From an uncultured Oscillospiraceae bacterium (lineage in GTDB: Bacteria > Bacillota > Clostridia > Oscillospirales > CAG-382): 64,000 bases of DNA. Positions 1 to 9,486 of this stretch are shown here, one piece after another. How positions within the stretch are numbered: position 1 is the first letter of the stretch; each line of letters starts with the position of its first letter. Where the stretch lies: positions 2,417 to 66,416 of the forward strand of contig CAZAJX010000004.1 of the NCBI GenBank assembly GCA_964485815.1, given 5' to 3'. The notes below the pieces were generated by a model that saw nothing but the letters and a program-made list of their open reading frames with translations, was not told the origin of the DNA and did not search any database. Position numbers and translations under genes: made by a program.

Positions 1-191
1 TTTGCCTGAGCCAGCAGGTCCATAGCCTTCTTAAGGCTTTCTGCGCTTTCGCCCAGAGTACCCTTCACGGCGGGAATGGTATCGGCTATTTTGTCCGCTT
101 CGGCAAGCGCATTTTCCCAAGCCTGCTTATCGGAATAAATGTGGGTAAAATCCCACATAAATTCGGGATTCATTTCATTTCTGCTTTTCAT
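1..191 (-). CDS. pepF: oligoendopeptidase F (M3B family), first ~63 codons only; gene runs off the left edge
   Basis: Reverse-strand ATG at 189-191. Translation MKSRNEMNPEFMWDFTHIYSDKQAWENALAEADKIADTIPAVKGTLGESAESLKKAMDLLAQA resembles the conserved PepF N-terminus (W-D-x-T-x-IY, G-x-LGES). Absent from the ORF track because it is truncated. Confidence 0.65.
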   Translation of the reverse strand, partial: MKSRNEMNPEFMWDFTHIYSDKQAWENALAEADKIADTIPAVKGTLGESAESLKKAMDLLAQA

Positions 192-204
192 TTTAAGCTC
201 CTTT

Positions 205-1227
205 TCAGTTATATAAGAATTCGTCTTTTATAAAATACCTGTCAAGTCCTGTCTGCAAATGTGAAAATACTCTTCCGCAGTTGTATTTCACCTTTGCGGT
301 GTCAAAAGGAATATGGGAATATACCTCTTCCATAGGATACATACCCAATCCGCCGCCGCGGAAAACAATTTTTTTCGTATCAATTCCTGCGTTTTGCAAA
401 GCCTTTCTGTAGTCATCGGCTGTGCGCAGGAAACCTTCGCTGTCGGTAAGTGCGCCCAAGTATACGGAAAACACCATTCGTCCGCTTCTGTCGATACTTT
501 TATCGGGATAAGTTATACTTCCGTCGGGATAACCGTATATTTTTTCGGAAACCACGGTAAAAGAACCGTCGGGGAAAGCGTCACGCAGAATATTTGCTAT
601 TTTCGCTCTTTGCTCGCTCATCAGCAATCTTTCGGTCTTTTTTGCGTATCCGTCAAATACAGTTTTGTCAAAAACTATCAGCTTTCCGTTGGCATCGGAA
701 TACTCCTTGGATATTACCTCTCTCTGCCACGTGCGGGTGACGTAATCGTATTCAAGACCTCCGATAATTTCATTTTCGCTGTTCTCGTAATTGTTCTTTA
801 TATATTCGTCAGAAACCTTAAGGGCATTGGAATAGGATATGATATTTCCACCGAAAACGAGCTGTATCGCTACTACAGCTCCGAGGGGAATAACGGCCCA
901 AAAAGCGGTCTTTTTGTTTTTGAACAGCGTTATGCAGTAATCGCACAAAAGCGCCGTCAAGCCGCAGATAACCGTGTACACGATAATATTCAACACGTCT
1001 GCGGAATATCCTGCCGCAAGAAGGCCGCCGCATACGGCAAAAAATGCGGTTTTGGTGCCTCGCTTAAGCTTTAAAAATCCTGCGCCGATTCCGCATAAAG
1101 GAAGCAGGGGAAGGGCGGTGAGTATTCCGGAGAAGGGAACGATACACGCCGCACCGATAAATCCCAGCACAGCGCACAGGACGGGACTGCCCAACGAGCC
1201 GTATATCTTTTTGAATTTTACTTTCAT
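205..1227 (-). CDS. hypothetical integral membrane protein (hydrophobic N-terminal third, ~210-aa soluble C-terminal part); no family recognised
   Basis: 340-aa ORF with several hydrophobic helices (LGSPVLCAVLGFIGAACIVPF, AFFAVCGGLLAAGY, VICGLTALLCDYCI, FWAVIPLGAVVAIQLVF). Its start overlaps the stop of the upstream RNHCP gene (ATGA at 1224-1227). It ends 13 nt before the pepF start. Confidence 0.6.
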   Translation of the reverse strand: MKVKFKKIYGSLGSPVLCAVLGFIGAACIVPFSGILTALPLLPLCGIGAGFLKLKRGTKTAFFAVCGGLLAAGYSADVLNIIVYTVICGLTALLCDYCITLFKNKKTAFWAVIPLGAVVAIQLVFGGNIISYSNALKVSDEYIKNNYENSENEIIGGLEYDYVTRTWQREVISKEYSDANGKLIVFDKTVFDGYAKKTERLLMSEQRAKIANILRDAFPDGSFTVVSEKIYGYPDGSITYPDKSIDRSGRMVFSVYLGALTDSEGFLRTADDYRKALQNAGIDTKKIVFRGGGLGMYPMEEVYSHIPFDTAKVKYNCGRVFSHLQTGLDRYFIKDEFLYN

Positions 1228-1562
1228 CGCTTGCCTCCACGGGGGATATTGTAAGGGTTAGTGTATTGTATAAGCAGACGGGTGTCGTCATCGTTCTGGC
1301 TTCCGTTTGACCGTTCAAATCCGCATTTACGGCATTTGTGTTTTATTACAAAGCCCCGCTTTGCTTCGGTGCGCACCTCGATCGGGTCCATTACCGCACC
1401 GCATTCGCTGGATCTGTCGCCGGGGTTAACGTCAACGTGCCTTGAGCACAGACAGAACGGACAATGATTACGGGAGGAGTAGCCGAGAGGCGGAACCTCT
1501 TTTCCGCAGTTGAGGCATATAAAACCGCTGTCGTTTTTTGCAAACAATGTGTTTTCCATCAT
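1224..1562 (-). CDS. RNHCP domain-containing zinc-ribbon protein
   Basis: 112 aa with the literal RNHCP motif (SSRNHCPFCLCSRH) plus CxxC pairs (CLNCG, CRKCG). Confidence 0.8.
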   Translation of the reverse strand: MMENTLFAKNDSGFICLNCGKEVPPLGYSSRNHCPFCLCSRHVDVNPGDRSSECGAVMDPIEVRTEAKRGFVIKHKCRKCGFERSNGSQNDDDTRLLIQYTNPYNIPRGGKR

Positions 1563-1591
1563 AATCCTCCAAATTTGTTTACAAAATACTG

Positions 1592-1620
1592 TTTACTTTT
1601 GCTTTTATTTCTATTATAAT
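1592..1620 (+). promoter_or_regulatory. candidate sigma-A promoter for DUF1385-prmC (TTTACT-17 bp-TATAAT)
   Basis: -35 TTTACT at 1592-1597, 17-nt spacer, -10 TATAAT at 1615-1620, 37 nt upstream of ATG 1657. Confidence 0.35.
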
Positions 1621-1656
1621 ATCAAATTGTTAATAATTCAAGTCGGGAGGCAAAAT

Positions 1657-2721
1657 ATGTCAAAGAAATCCGATAACAAACTTTCTTGCCGTTTGGGAAG
1701 AGTGGGCGGAAGCGCTCTTATGGAGGGCGTAATGATGAAAAGCGGTCCGGACGTGGCAATGGCTGTCCGCCGTACCGATAACGGAAAAATTACCGTTCGT
1801 AAAAAGAAATATAAATCCGTAAAAGAAAAAAGCGCGTTTTTGCGTCTTCCTCTTATTCGCGGTATAGTCAACTTTGCGGAAACCATGATACTCTCTATGG
1901 GCACGATGACGGAAGCGACGGAGCTTTTGGGAATTGACGATGCGGAGCCCGAAGGAAAGTTCGATAAATGGATAACCGAAAAATTGGGCGACAAAATGAT
2001 GCAGGTTATTTCTGCCATAGCGGTAGTGCTCGGTGTGGCTCTTGCGCTGGTTCTGTTTATGTGGCTGCCCTCGTTTATATCCGACCTTATCTTCAAGGTG
2101 GATGCGGAGGAGTTCAATTTCGCATCCCGTTGTGTTGACGGCGGGCTGAAAATACTTATCTTTATCGCCTATATCGGCTTGACTTCTCTCATCCCCGATA
2201 TAAAACGTGTTTATATGTACCACGGCGCAGAGCATAAAAGCATTGCCTGCTACGAATCGGGCGATGAGCTTACCGTAGATAACGTACGCAAGCACACCCG
2301 TTTCCATCCCCGTTGCGGTACTTCCTTTATGTTTTTGGTGATTATCGTTTCCATACTCGTTAACTCTCTGCTTTTGTGGGGAATCAGCGCATTGTTTCCT
2401 ATGGCGCCGGTAGGGGAAAGATGGTTTATCGTTCTCGCAAAGCTTGTGGCGCTTCCTCTTGTAGTCGGTATCGACTATGAGTACGTTATGTACGCGGGCA
2501 AGCACGATAATTTCTTTACCAAGATTTTTTCCGCACCCGGTCTGTGGATGCAGAGAATTACCACCCGCGAGCCTGACGACAGTATGATGGAAGTTGCCAT
2601 TTGCTCCATAAAATCCGCACTTCCCGAGGAATTTCCCGAATTCGAGATTCCTACCGAGGATGTTGTGAACGCCGAAGAAAAGGCTGAAGCTCAAACCGAT
2701 ATACCGGAGGAAAACGCATGA
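1657..2721 (+). CDS. DUF1385 family membrane protein
   Basis: ORF 1510..2721 trimmed to ATG 1657, preceded by GGGAGG (1645-1650). Contains the HGAEHK motif (YMYHGAEHKSIACYE) and several TM segments. Its stop overlaps the prmC start (ATGA). DUF1385-prmC adjacency is common in Firmicutes. Confidence 0.8.
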   Translation: MSKKSDNKLSCRLGRVGGSALMEGVMMKSGPDVAMAVRRTDNGKITVRKKKYKSVKEKSAFLRLPLIRGIVNFAETMILSMGTMTEATELLGIDDAEPEGKFDKWITEKLGDKMMQVISAIAVVLGVALALVLFMWLPSFISDLIFKVDAEEFNFASRCVDGGLKILIFIAYIGLTSLIPDIKRVYMYHGAEHKSIACYESGDELTVDNVRKHTRFHPRCGTSFMFLVIIVSILVNSLLLWGISALFPMAPVGERWFIVLAKLVALPLVVGIDYEYVMYAGKHDNFFTKIFSAPGLWMQRITTREPDDSMMEVAICSIKSALPEEFPEFEIPTEDVVNAEEKAEAQTDIPEENA

Positions 2722-3578
2722 ACATAGGCGAATACAGATACGAGCTTAAAAAAACTCTCACCGAGGGCTGTTCTGAGGACAGTGCGAGAGAGATAACCGA
2801 AATAATAGATATTTTGCTTTGCCATCATCTGGAGATCCCCAGAAACCGTTTGTATCTCAAATTGGAGGAAGCCGTTCCTTCCACTCTTCCCGCCAATATG
2901 TCCGATAGTCTTGGACAAATCGCTATGGGAGTTCCCGTACAGTACGTTATGGGAAGCTGTTGGTTTTACGGCAGAGAGATAAAGGTGGGTCCCGGCGTGT
3001 TTATCCCCCGTGCGGATACGGAGATTTTGGTGCAAGCGGCAATAAAGGCTATACCCAAGGACGGTTGCTTTGCCGATATTTGCTCGGGAAGCGGCTGTAT
3101 TTCTGCGGCGATAGCGTCCGAGCGTCCCGACGTTCGCGGATTCGCTCTTGAGCTTTCCCGTAAAGCCATTCCTTATACGGAGGAAAACCTTAAGGATCTT
3201 CCGTCGGTAACCGTAAAAAGATTTGATGCGCTGGATCCCGAGGATTACGAAGCTCTCGTTGCCGCCAACGGCAAACAGTTCGATCTGGTGCTCAGCAACC
3301 CTCCTTACATTCCTACCGACGATATTTCGACTCTGGATGCCAACGTGCTGTCCGAGCCCGAAACCGCCCTTGACGGCGGCGAGGACGGATTGCGTTTTTA
3401 CCGTGAGATAACCAACTGTCTGCCTATAATCCTTTCTCCCGATGGCGTTATTTGCTATGAAGTCGGTATAGGTCAGGCGCAGGACGTTTCCGAAATTCTC
3501 AAGTCCGCAGGCTTCTCCGTAGCGGTGCTGAGAGATCTTCACGGTATAGACCGTGTGGTTTTAGGAAAAAAGTCTTAA
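2718..3578 (+). CDS. prmC: peptide chain release factor N5-glutamine methyltransferase
   Basis: NPPY catalytic motif (LVLSNPPYIP) and SAM-binding loop (DICSGSGCIS); 286 aa. Confidence 0.9.
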   Translation: MNIGEYRYELKKTLTEGCSEDSAREITEIIDILLCHHLEIPRNRLYLKLEEAVPSTLPANMSDSLGQIAMGVPVQYVMGSCWFYGREIKVGPGVFIPRADTEILVQAAIKAIPKDGCFADICSGSGCISAAIASERPDVRGFALELSRKAIPYTEENLKDLPSVTVKRFDALDPEDYEALVAANGKQFDLVLSNPPYIPTDDISTLDANVLSEPETALDGGEDGLRFYREITNCLPIILSPDGVICYEVGIGQAQDVSEILKSAGFSVAVLRDLHGIDRVVLGKKS

Positions 3579-3586
3579 CAAAAGTG

Positions 3587-3615
3587 TTGACAATAAAAAA
3601 AGAATGTACTATTAT
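3587..3615 (+). promoter_or_regulatory. candidate sigma-A promoter (TTGACA-17 bp-TATTAT)
   Basis: TTGACA at 3587-3592, 17-nt spacer, TATTAT at 3610-3615, upstream of ATG 3660. Confidence 0.5.
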
Positions 3616-3659
3616 TTAATATAATAATAGTATATTTTTTGTTTTGGATAGGAGCGCAA

Positions 3660-4442
3660 ATGAAGGTCATTACCTCCAGAAACAATGAACGGATAAAAGA
3701 GATCGTCCGCCTGCGTGACCGTAAGGCGAGAACTCAGTCGGGTCTGTTCTTCATAGAAGGTATACATCTTGCCGAGGAGTATGTAAGACATTGCGGCATT
3801 CCCTGCGAGGTGTACTTTACAGAAAAAGCGTATGAAGCATATTCCGGCTTTTTTTCCGCCCTGCCCGAGGATATAAAATATTCGGTCAGCGACAGCGTGT
3901 TTGAGAAGATTTCAACGGAATCCGCACCTCAGGGCGTGTTGTGCGTTTGTAAGGCGTTACCGTTTCCCGCCGAAGTTCCCGAGGGCGGTTCGATTTTATT
4001 TCTGGAATCGGTAAGAGATGCGGGAAATCTGGGTACTATAATCCGTACTGCGGTTTCTCTCGGTGTGAAGGGGATAGTCCTTTCTCCCGATTGCGCAGAT
4101 ATATATAATCCGAAGACGCTCCGCGCCTCAATGGGCGCGGTGTTTGCCGCAAATATCTTTATGCCCGCTGATTTTCACGCGGCGATCGTATCCGCAAAGA
4201 AATACGGCAAAGTATACGCTACCGCCCTGCACGAGAATTCTCTTGAGCTCGGCAGATTCGGAATAGCAAAAACGGATAGCTTCATAATCGGCAACGAGGG
4301 GCAGGGAATTTCGGAAACCGTAAAAGCCCTTGCGGATAATACGGTTATTATTCCCATGACAGGTAAAACCGAGAGCCTTAACGCCGCTGCCGCCGCTTCT
4401 ATAATTATCTGGGAAATGACACGGAGTTACAATGGACGTTAG
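3660..4442 (+). CDS. TrmH/SpoU family RNA 2'-O-methyltransferase (RlmB-like)
   Basis: SpoU methylase motifs IIGNEGQGIS and SLNAAAAASIIIWE. ATG 3660 follows GGAG (3651-3654). Confidence 0.8.
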   Translation: MKVITSRNNERIKEIVRLRDRKARTQSGLFFIEGIHLAEEYVRHCGIPCEVYFTEKAYEAYSGFFSALPEDIKYSVSDSVFEKISTESAPQGVLCVCKALPFPAEVPEGGSILFLESVRDAGNLGTIIRTAVSLGVKGIVLSPDCADIYNPKTLRASMGAVFAANIFMPADFHAAIVSAKKYGKVYATALHENSLELGRFGIAKTDSFIIGNEGQGISETVKALADNTVIIPMTGKTESLNAAAAASIIIWEMTRSYNGR

Positions 4443-5544
4443 GTTATATTATATATGGCTTCAGCGTGTGTGCGGAGCAGCCAACAGACTTACAGACCTT
4501 TTGTTTGATAAATTCTCTTCTGCCGCAGAAATATACGAATGCAGAGATTTTTCATTCTTACCCAAGGGCTATGCCCGTTATGAAAATCAGCTTTGCAATA
4601 AGGATCTTTCCGCATCATTTGAGATATACAAAACCTGTATAAACAGAGGTATACGCTTCGTTACTTATCACGATGCGGATTTTCCCGAAGCGTTGCGCAA
4701 TATACCCGATCCGCCGGTTATGCTGTTTTACTACGGAGATATCTCCCGTCTTAAGGGAAGACAATCGGTGGCGATGGTGGGTACACGTACCTGCACGGAT
4801 GCCGGTCTGGAATACGGCAAAACCTATGCGGAGAGCTTTGCGAAAGCGGGTGTTACCGTTATAAGCGGTCTTGCAAAGGGGATAGACAGCGCCGCAAACA
4901 GTACCGCTTTACAAAACGGCGGTGTGTCCGTAGGCGTTTTGGGTACACCTATTGATAAGGTCTACCCGCCCGAGAACGTACGTCTTTTCCACTCTATGTA
5001 TAAAAGCGGAGTGGTCATAAGCGAATATTCTCCCGGCGCAGAGGTCGGCAGATATTCATTTCCCGCCCGCAACCGTCTTATCAGCGCTCTTTCCGATTGC
5101 ACCTTGGTTGTTGAGGCAGCAGAAGGAAGCGGCGCGTTAATAACCGCAAAGCGGGCTATACAGCAGGGAAAACCCGTGTATTTCGTAGCAGGCAGGGTTA
5201 CCGCAATGCTTGAGGGCGCGGTTTCCGTTTCCTCTCCCGCAGAGGTTATGGAGCGTTTGCAGTTAAACGATCCTACCTTAAGAATTCCCACTACCGCTTA
5301 TACCGTTACAAAAACCAAAAGCTACGGACGGCGCATAACGCACCCCCGTGAGAATAAAACCAAGGAAACAGACGAGCTCGGCTTGCTTGAAATAATAAGC
5401 CGCGGTCCCGCTACCGCATCCGAGCTTTCGGAAAAGACCGGAGTTTCCATAGACAGAATATACGAACTGCTTACCACCCTTGAGCTTGACGGCGCGATCA
5501 CAGCCGCCGCAGGAGGAAGATATATTAAAGCCGGTAAGCAATAA
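4432..5544 (+). CDS. dprA: DNA-processing protein DprA (Smf)
   Basis: DprA core motifs (GLAKGIDSAANSTAL, FPARNRLISALS) and a C-terminal winged-helix tail. The conserved dprA-topA adjacency is present. Confidence 0.85.
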   Translation: MDVRLYYIWLQRVCGAANRLTDLLFDKFSSAAEIYECRDFSFLPKGYARYENQLCNKDLSASFEIYKTCINRGIRFVTYHDADFPEALRNIPDPPVMLFYYGDISRLKGRQSVAMVGTRTCTDAGLEYGKTYAESFAKAGVTVISGLAKGIDSAANSTALQNGGVSVGVLGTPIDKVYPPENVRLFHSMYKSGVVISEYSPGAEVGRYSFPARNRLISALSDCTLVVEAAEGSGALITAKRAIQQGKPVYFVAGRVTAMLEGAVSVSSPAEVMERLQLNDPTLRIPTTAYTVTKTKSYGRRITHPRENKTKETDELGLLEIISRGPATASELSEKTGVSIDRIYELLTTLELDGAITAAAGGRYIKAGKQ

Positions 5545-5553
5545 GGAGAATAT

Positions 5554-7776
5554 ATGAGCACACTTGTAATACTTGAGTCGCCTACCAAGGCGCATACCGT
5601 CAAAGGCTTTTTGGGAAAGGGCTATAAGGTCGTTGCATCCAACGGTCATGTCCGCGATCTTCCCAAAAGTAAGCTGGGTATCGATGTGGATAATAATTTC
5701 GAGCCCCAGTATATAAACATCAGAGGAAAGGGCGAACTTATCAGCGACCTAAAAAAAGAAGCCAAAGACGCCGATAAGGTTTTACTGGCTGCCGACCCTG
5801 ACCGTGAAGGAGAGGCTATAAGCTGGCACCTCGCCGCTGTTCTCGGCATTCCCGAAGAGAAAATAAAGCGTATTACCTTTAACTCCGTAACAAAAGCGGC
5901 GGTTAAAGAAGCTATAAAGAACCCCAGAAGCATAGATATGGATCTGGTCAATTCCCAACAGGCACGCCGTATTCTTGACCGTCTTGTGGGTTATAAGATA
6001 AGCCCGTTCCTTTGGAAAAAAATCAAAAACGGCCTTTCTGCGGGACGTGTTCAATCTGTAGCTACCCGTCTTATCGTTGAACGCGAGCGCGAAATACGCG
6101 CATTCGTGCCCGATGAATATTGGACTGTTACCGTCAAGCTTTCAAATTCCGATGGAGATACCTTTACCGCAAAGTATTTCGGCGATAAAAACGGCAAAAA
6201 GGACCTTCATAACGAAAGCGATGCTTATAATGTCGTTAACTCTGTAAAGGACTCGGATTTCACCGTTGCTTCCGTAAAGCGTTCGGTAAAGCACCGCCGT
6301 CCTCAGCCTCCTTTCACTACAAGTACTCTCCAGCAGGAGGCAAACCGCAGATTATCCCTTCCCACCCAGCGCACTATGATGATCGCGCAGGAGCTTTACG
6401 AAGGTATAAATATCGGCGAAAGAGGCACGCACGGTCTTATCACCTATATGCGTACCGATTCACTCCGTGTTTCCGATGAAGCGAGAGATGCCGCAAAGGA
6501 ATATATAGTCGGCAAGTACGGCGAAAAATATTATCCTTCCACACCCAATATATACAAGGTGAAAAAAGGCTCCCAGGATGCTCACGAAGCTATCCGTCCT
6601 TCCGATCCCACTCTTGCGCCAGAAATGATCAAAAACCGTCTTACTGCAGATCAATATCGGGTTTATAAGCTCATATACGATCGTTTCATCGCAAGCCAGA
6701 TGAAGCCTGCGGAAATAGATACCGTTTCTGTCGATCTGGATGCTGCAGGTAACGTGTTCCGCGCTACCGGCGCAACCGTACGATTCCCCGGTTATCTCGT
6801 TATTTGCGACGATTCCGATACCGGCGATGACGAGATCGCAAAGGATAAGCTTCCCGCACTCAGCGAAAACGAGCATTGCCTCTGTTCCGGAATTTTGCCC
6901 GAGCAGCATTTTACCGCACCTCCCTTCAGATATACCGAAGGATCACTGGTTAAAATGCTGGAGGAAAAAGGAATTGGCAGACCTTCCACCATCGTTACGA
7001 CCATTACTACCATAATTTCCCGCGGATATGTGGTAAGAGAGGGCAAATCCCTTGTGCCCACCGAGCTTGGCTTTGTTACCACCGATCTTATGATGAACGC
7101 CTTTTCGGGAATTGTTGATTATAACTTCACTGCGCAGATGGAAGAAGATCTCGATGAGATCGAATCCGGCAACAAGGATTATATAAAGGTTTTGGAAAGC
7201 TTTTATGCGGATCTTATGGCGGAGCTCAAGACCGCCGAAGAGCAGATAGGCAACACAAAAATAACGGTTGAACCCGAAAAGACAGATATGATCTGCGAAA
7301 AATGCGGTTCCGTAATGGTAGTCCGCAACGGACGTTTCGGAAAGTTCGCAGCTTGTCCCAACTATCCCAAGTGTAAAAACACAAAACCTCTTGAGCCCGA
7401 AAAGAAGCCTTTGGAGGCAAAAGAGATAATTTCCGATGAGAAATGTCCCACCTGCGGCGGCGAAATGGTATTGCGCAAGGGCAAGTACGGAAGCTTCTTC
7501 GCTTGCCGTTCTTATCCCGAGTGTAAGACCACACTTCCCGTTATAAAAGACAGCGGCGTAGTGTGCCCCAACTGCGGTAAACGTATCGTTGTCCGCCAGA
7601 GCAAGAAAAAGACAACGTATTACGTTTGCGAGGATTCTTCCTGCGGATTTATTTCCTGGGATATACCTCAGACAAGAAAGTGTCCCCAGTGCGGAGATAT
7701 AGTTTTAAAGAAAAAGAACAAAGATCAGTATTATTGCCGCAGTAATTGCGGCTGGACAGAGGAAAGCAAAAAATGA
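5554..7776 (+). CDS. topA: DNA topoisomerase I
   Basis: TOPRIM N-terminus (LVILESPTKA), active-site Tyr motif YMRTDS, four C-terminal Cys4 zinc ribbons; 740 aa. Confidence 0.95.
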   Translation: MSTLVILESPTKAHTVKGFLGKGYKVVASNGHVRDLPKSKLGIDVDNNFEPQYINIRGKGELISDLKKEAKDADKVLLAADPDREGEAISWHLAAVLGIPEEKIKRITFNSVTKAAVKEAIKNPRSIDMDLVNSQQARRILDRLVGYKISPFLWKKIKNGLSAGRVQSVATRLIVEREREIRAFVPDEYWTVTVKLSNSDGDTFTAKYFGDKNGKKDLHNESDAYNVVNSVKDSDFTVASVKRSVKHRRPQPPFTTSTLQQEANRRLSLPTQRTMMIAQELYEGINIGERGTHGLITYMRTDSLRVSDEARDAAKEYIVGKYGEKYYPSTPNIYKVKKGSQDAHEAIRPSDPTLAPEMIKNRLTADQYRVYKLIYDRFIASQMKPAEIDTVSVDLDAAGNVFRATGATVRFPGYLVICDDSDTGDDEIAKDKLPALSENEHCLCSGILPEQHFTAPPFRYTEGSLVKMLEEKGIGRPSTIVTTITTIISRGYVVREGKSLVPTELGFVTTDLMMNAFSGIVDYNFTAQMEEDLDEIESGNKDYIKVLESFYADLMAELKTAEEQIGNTKITVEPEKTDMICEKCGSVMVVRNGRFGKFAACPNYPKCKNTKPLEPEKKPLEAKEIISDEKCPTCGGEMVLRKGKYGSFFACRSYPECKTTLPVIKDSGVVCPNCGKRIVVRQSKKKTTYYVCEDSSCGFISWDIPQTRKCPQCGDIVLKKKNKDQYYCRSNCGWTEESKK

Positions 7777-8777
7777 GAACGACAATCGCAGTTGATGCAA
7801 TGGGCGGCGATAAAGCCCCTCAATCGGTTATAGGAGGCGCGTTGCTTGCCGCCGCACAGTTGCCTATAGATATTATTCTTGTCGGTGACAGTGATACGAT
7901 CTACACCGATATCAGTAACAGAGGCGCAATGCCTTCCAATATTTCCGTGGTACACGCAAACAGCGTTATAACGATGGAGGATTCACCTGCATCCGTACTC
8001 AAGGAAAAATCAGATTGCTCTATGGCAGTTGCGGCAGAGCTTGTTAAGGACGGAAAGGCAGATGCACTTGTGTCTGCCGGAAACACCGGTGCGCTTTTCA
8101 CTGTGTCCTCCCTTAAGATACGCCGTCTTCCCGGCATCCGCCGCGCGGCGCTCGGCGCAGTGGTTCCCCTTGAAAATCCCGTACTCATCGTGGATTCGGG
8201 CGCAAATACGGATGCTACTCCCGAACTGTTGCGCACCTTTGCTCATATGGGGAGCCTTTATGCCAACCTTGTAATGGGAATAGATGTTCCCCGCGTAGGA
8301 CTTGTTAACAACGGCAGTGAACCCACCAAGGGCACGCCTCTTTATTCCGAAACCAACGCGTTGCTTTCAAACGAAAAGGAAATTAACTTTATCGGCAACG
8401 TAGAGGGCAGGGATATTCCTTGCAATACCTGCGACGTAGTCGTCTGTGATGGTTTTACCGGCAACATATTGCTTAAAACCATCGAAGGTATGGGATTGTT
8501 TATGAAGAGCAAGCTTAAGAGCATCTTCTATGCAAACCGTATGACAAAAGTTGCGGGCGCTCTTACCAAAAAGCAAATTACCGCCCTCAAAAAGCAGATC
8601 GACCACCGTGAGCACGGCGGTGCGCCTTTCCTCGGTTTGGCAAAGCCTGTGGTTAAAGCTCACGGCAGCTCCGATGAAAAAAGCATCTTCACCGCCATCA
8701 GACAGGCAAAGACCTTCCACGAAAGCGGTCTTGTACAAAGACTAAAGGAGGCGATACAGAATGAATCATCAAATTGA
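7773..8777 (+). CDS. plsX: phosphate acyltransferase PlsX
   Basis: N-terminal IAVDAMGGD motif. ATG 7773 overlaps the topA stop (ATGA). Confidence 0.9.
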   Translation: MRTTIAVDAMGGDKAPQSVIGGALLAAAQLPIDIILVGDSDTIYTDISNRGAMPSNISVVHANSVITMEDSPASVLKEKSDCSMAVAAELVKDGKADALVSAGNTGALFTVSSLKIRRLPGIRRAALGAVVPLENPVLIVDSGANTDATPELLRTFAHMGSLYANLVMGIDVPRVGLVNNGSEPTKGTPLYSETNALLSNEKEINFIGNVEGRDIPCNTCDVVVCDGFTGNILLKTIEGMGLFMKSKLKSIFYANRMTKVAGALTKKQITALKKQIDHREHGGAPFLGLAKPVVKAHGSSDEKSIFTAIRQAKTFHESGLVQRLKEAIQNESSN

Positions 8778-9486
8778 ACCGTTGCCTTACGTTGAATTGG
8801 AAAAAAGAATAGGCTACGTGTTCCGCAATAAAGATTTTCTTCTCACCGCACTCACTCATTCTTCATTTGTAAACGAAACAAAGCAAAAAACCTCACTTCG
8901 TTCCAACGAACGTCTTGAGTTTTTGGGAGATTCCATATTGTCCGTTATCGTTTCCGAGCATATATACCGTTCCTCTCCCGAGCTTGACGAAGGCTATCTC
9001 ACAAGAATAAGAGCAAACATCGTTTGTGAGAATTCACTCAGCGAATTTGCCCGCGAGATCGAGCTGGGAAGCTATCTCCGTATGGGACACGGCGAAGCCG
9101 TAACCAACGGAAGGGACAGAAAGAGCACGGTGGCGGATGCTTTCGAGGCATTGCTTGCCGCAATTTATCTTGACGGCGGTATAGATCAGGCAAGAAGATT
9201 TCTTATGCCCCGTGTTAAAAAGGCGCTTTCCAAAATATCCAAAGGCGGAAACGAGGATTATAAATCCCGCTTGCAAAAGATCGTTCAGCAGACTCCCGAA
9301 GAAATACTTGAATACGTACTTATCGGCGAGGAAGGACCTCCTCATGACAGAGTGTTTACATTCCGCGTAATGCTCAACTCAAACTGCTTGGGTGAAGGCG
9401 TAGGCAGAACCAAGCGTGAGGCAGAGCAAAACGCCGCAAGAGAAGCTCTTTCGGTTTTGGGTGAGCTTGATGAAGAACCATCGTAA
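8761..9486 (+). CDS. rnc: ribonuclease III
   Basis: RNase III signature NERLEFLGDS and a C-terminal dsRNA-binding domain; 241 aa. Confidence 0.9.
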   Translation: MNHQIEPLPYVELEKRIGYVFRNKDFLLTALTHSSFVNETKQKTSLRSNERLEFLGDSILSVIVSEHIYRSSPELDEGYLTRIRANIVCENSLSEFAREIELGSYLRMGHGEAVTNGRDRKSTVADAFEALLAAIYLDGGIDQARRFLMPRVKKALSKISKGGNEDYKSRLQKIVQQTPEEILEYVLIGEEGPPHDRVFTFRVMLNSNCLGEGVGRTKREAEQNAAREALSVLGELDEEPS

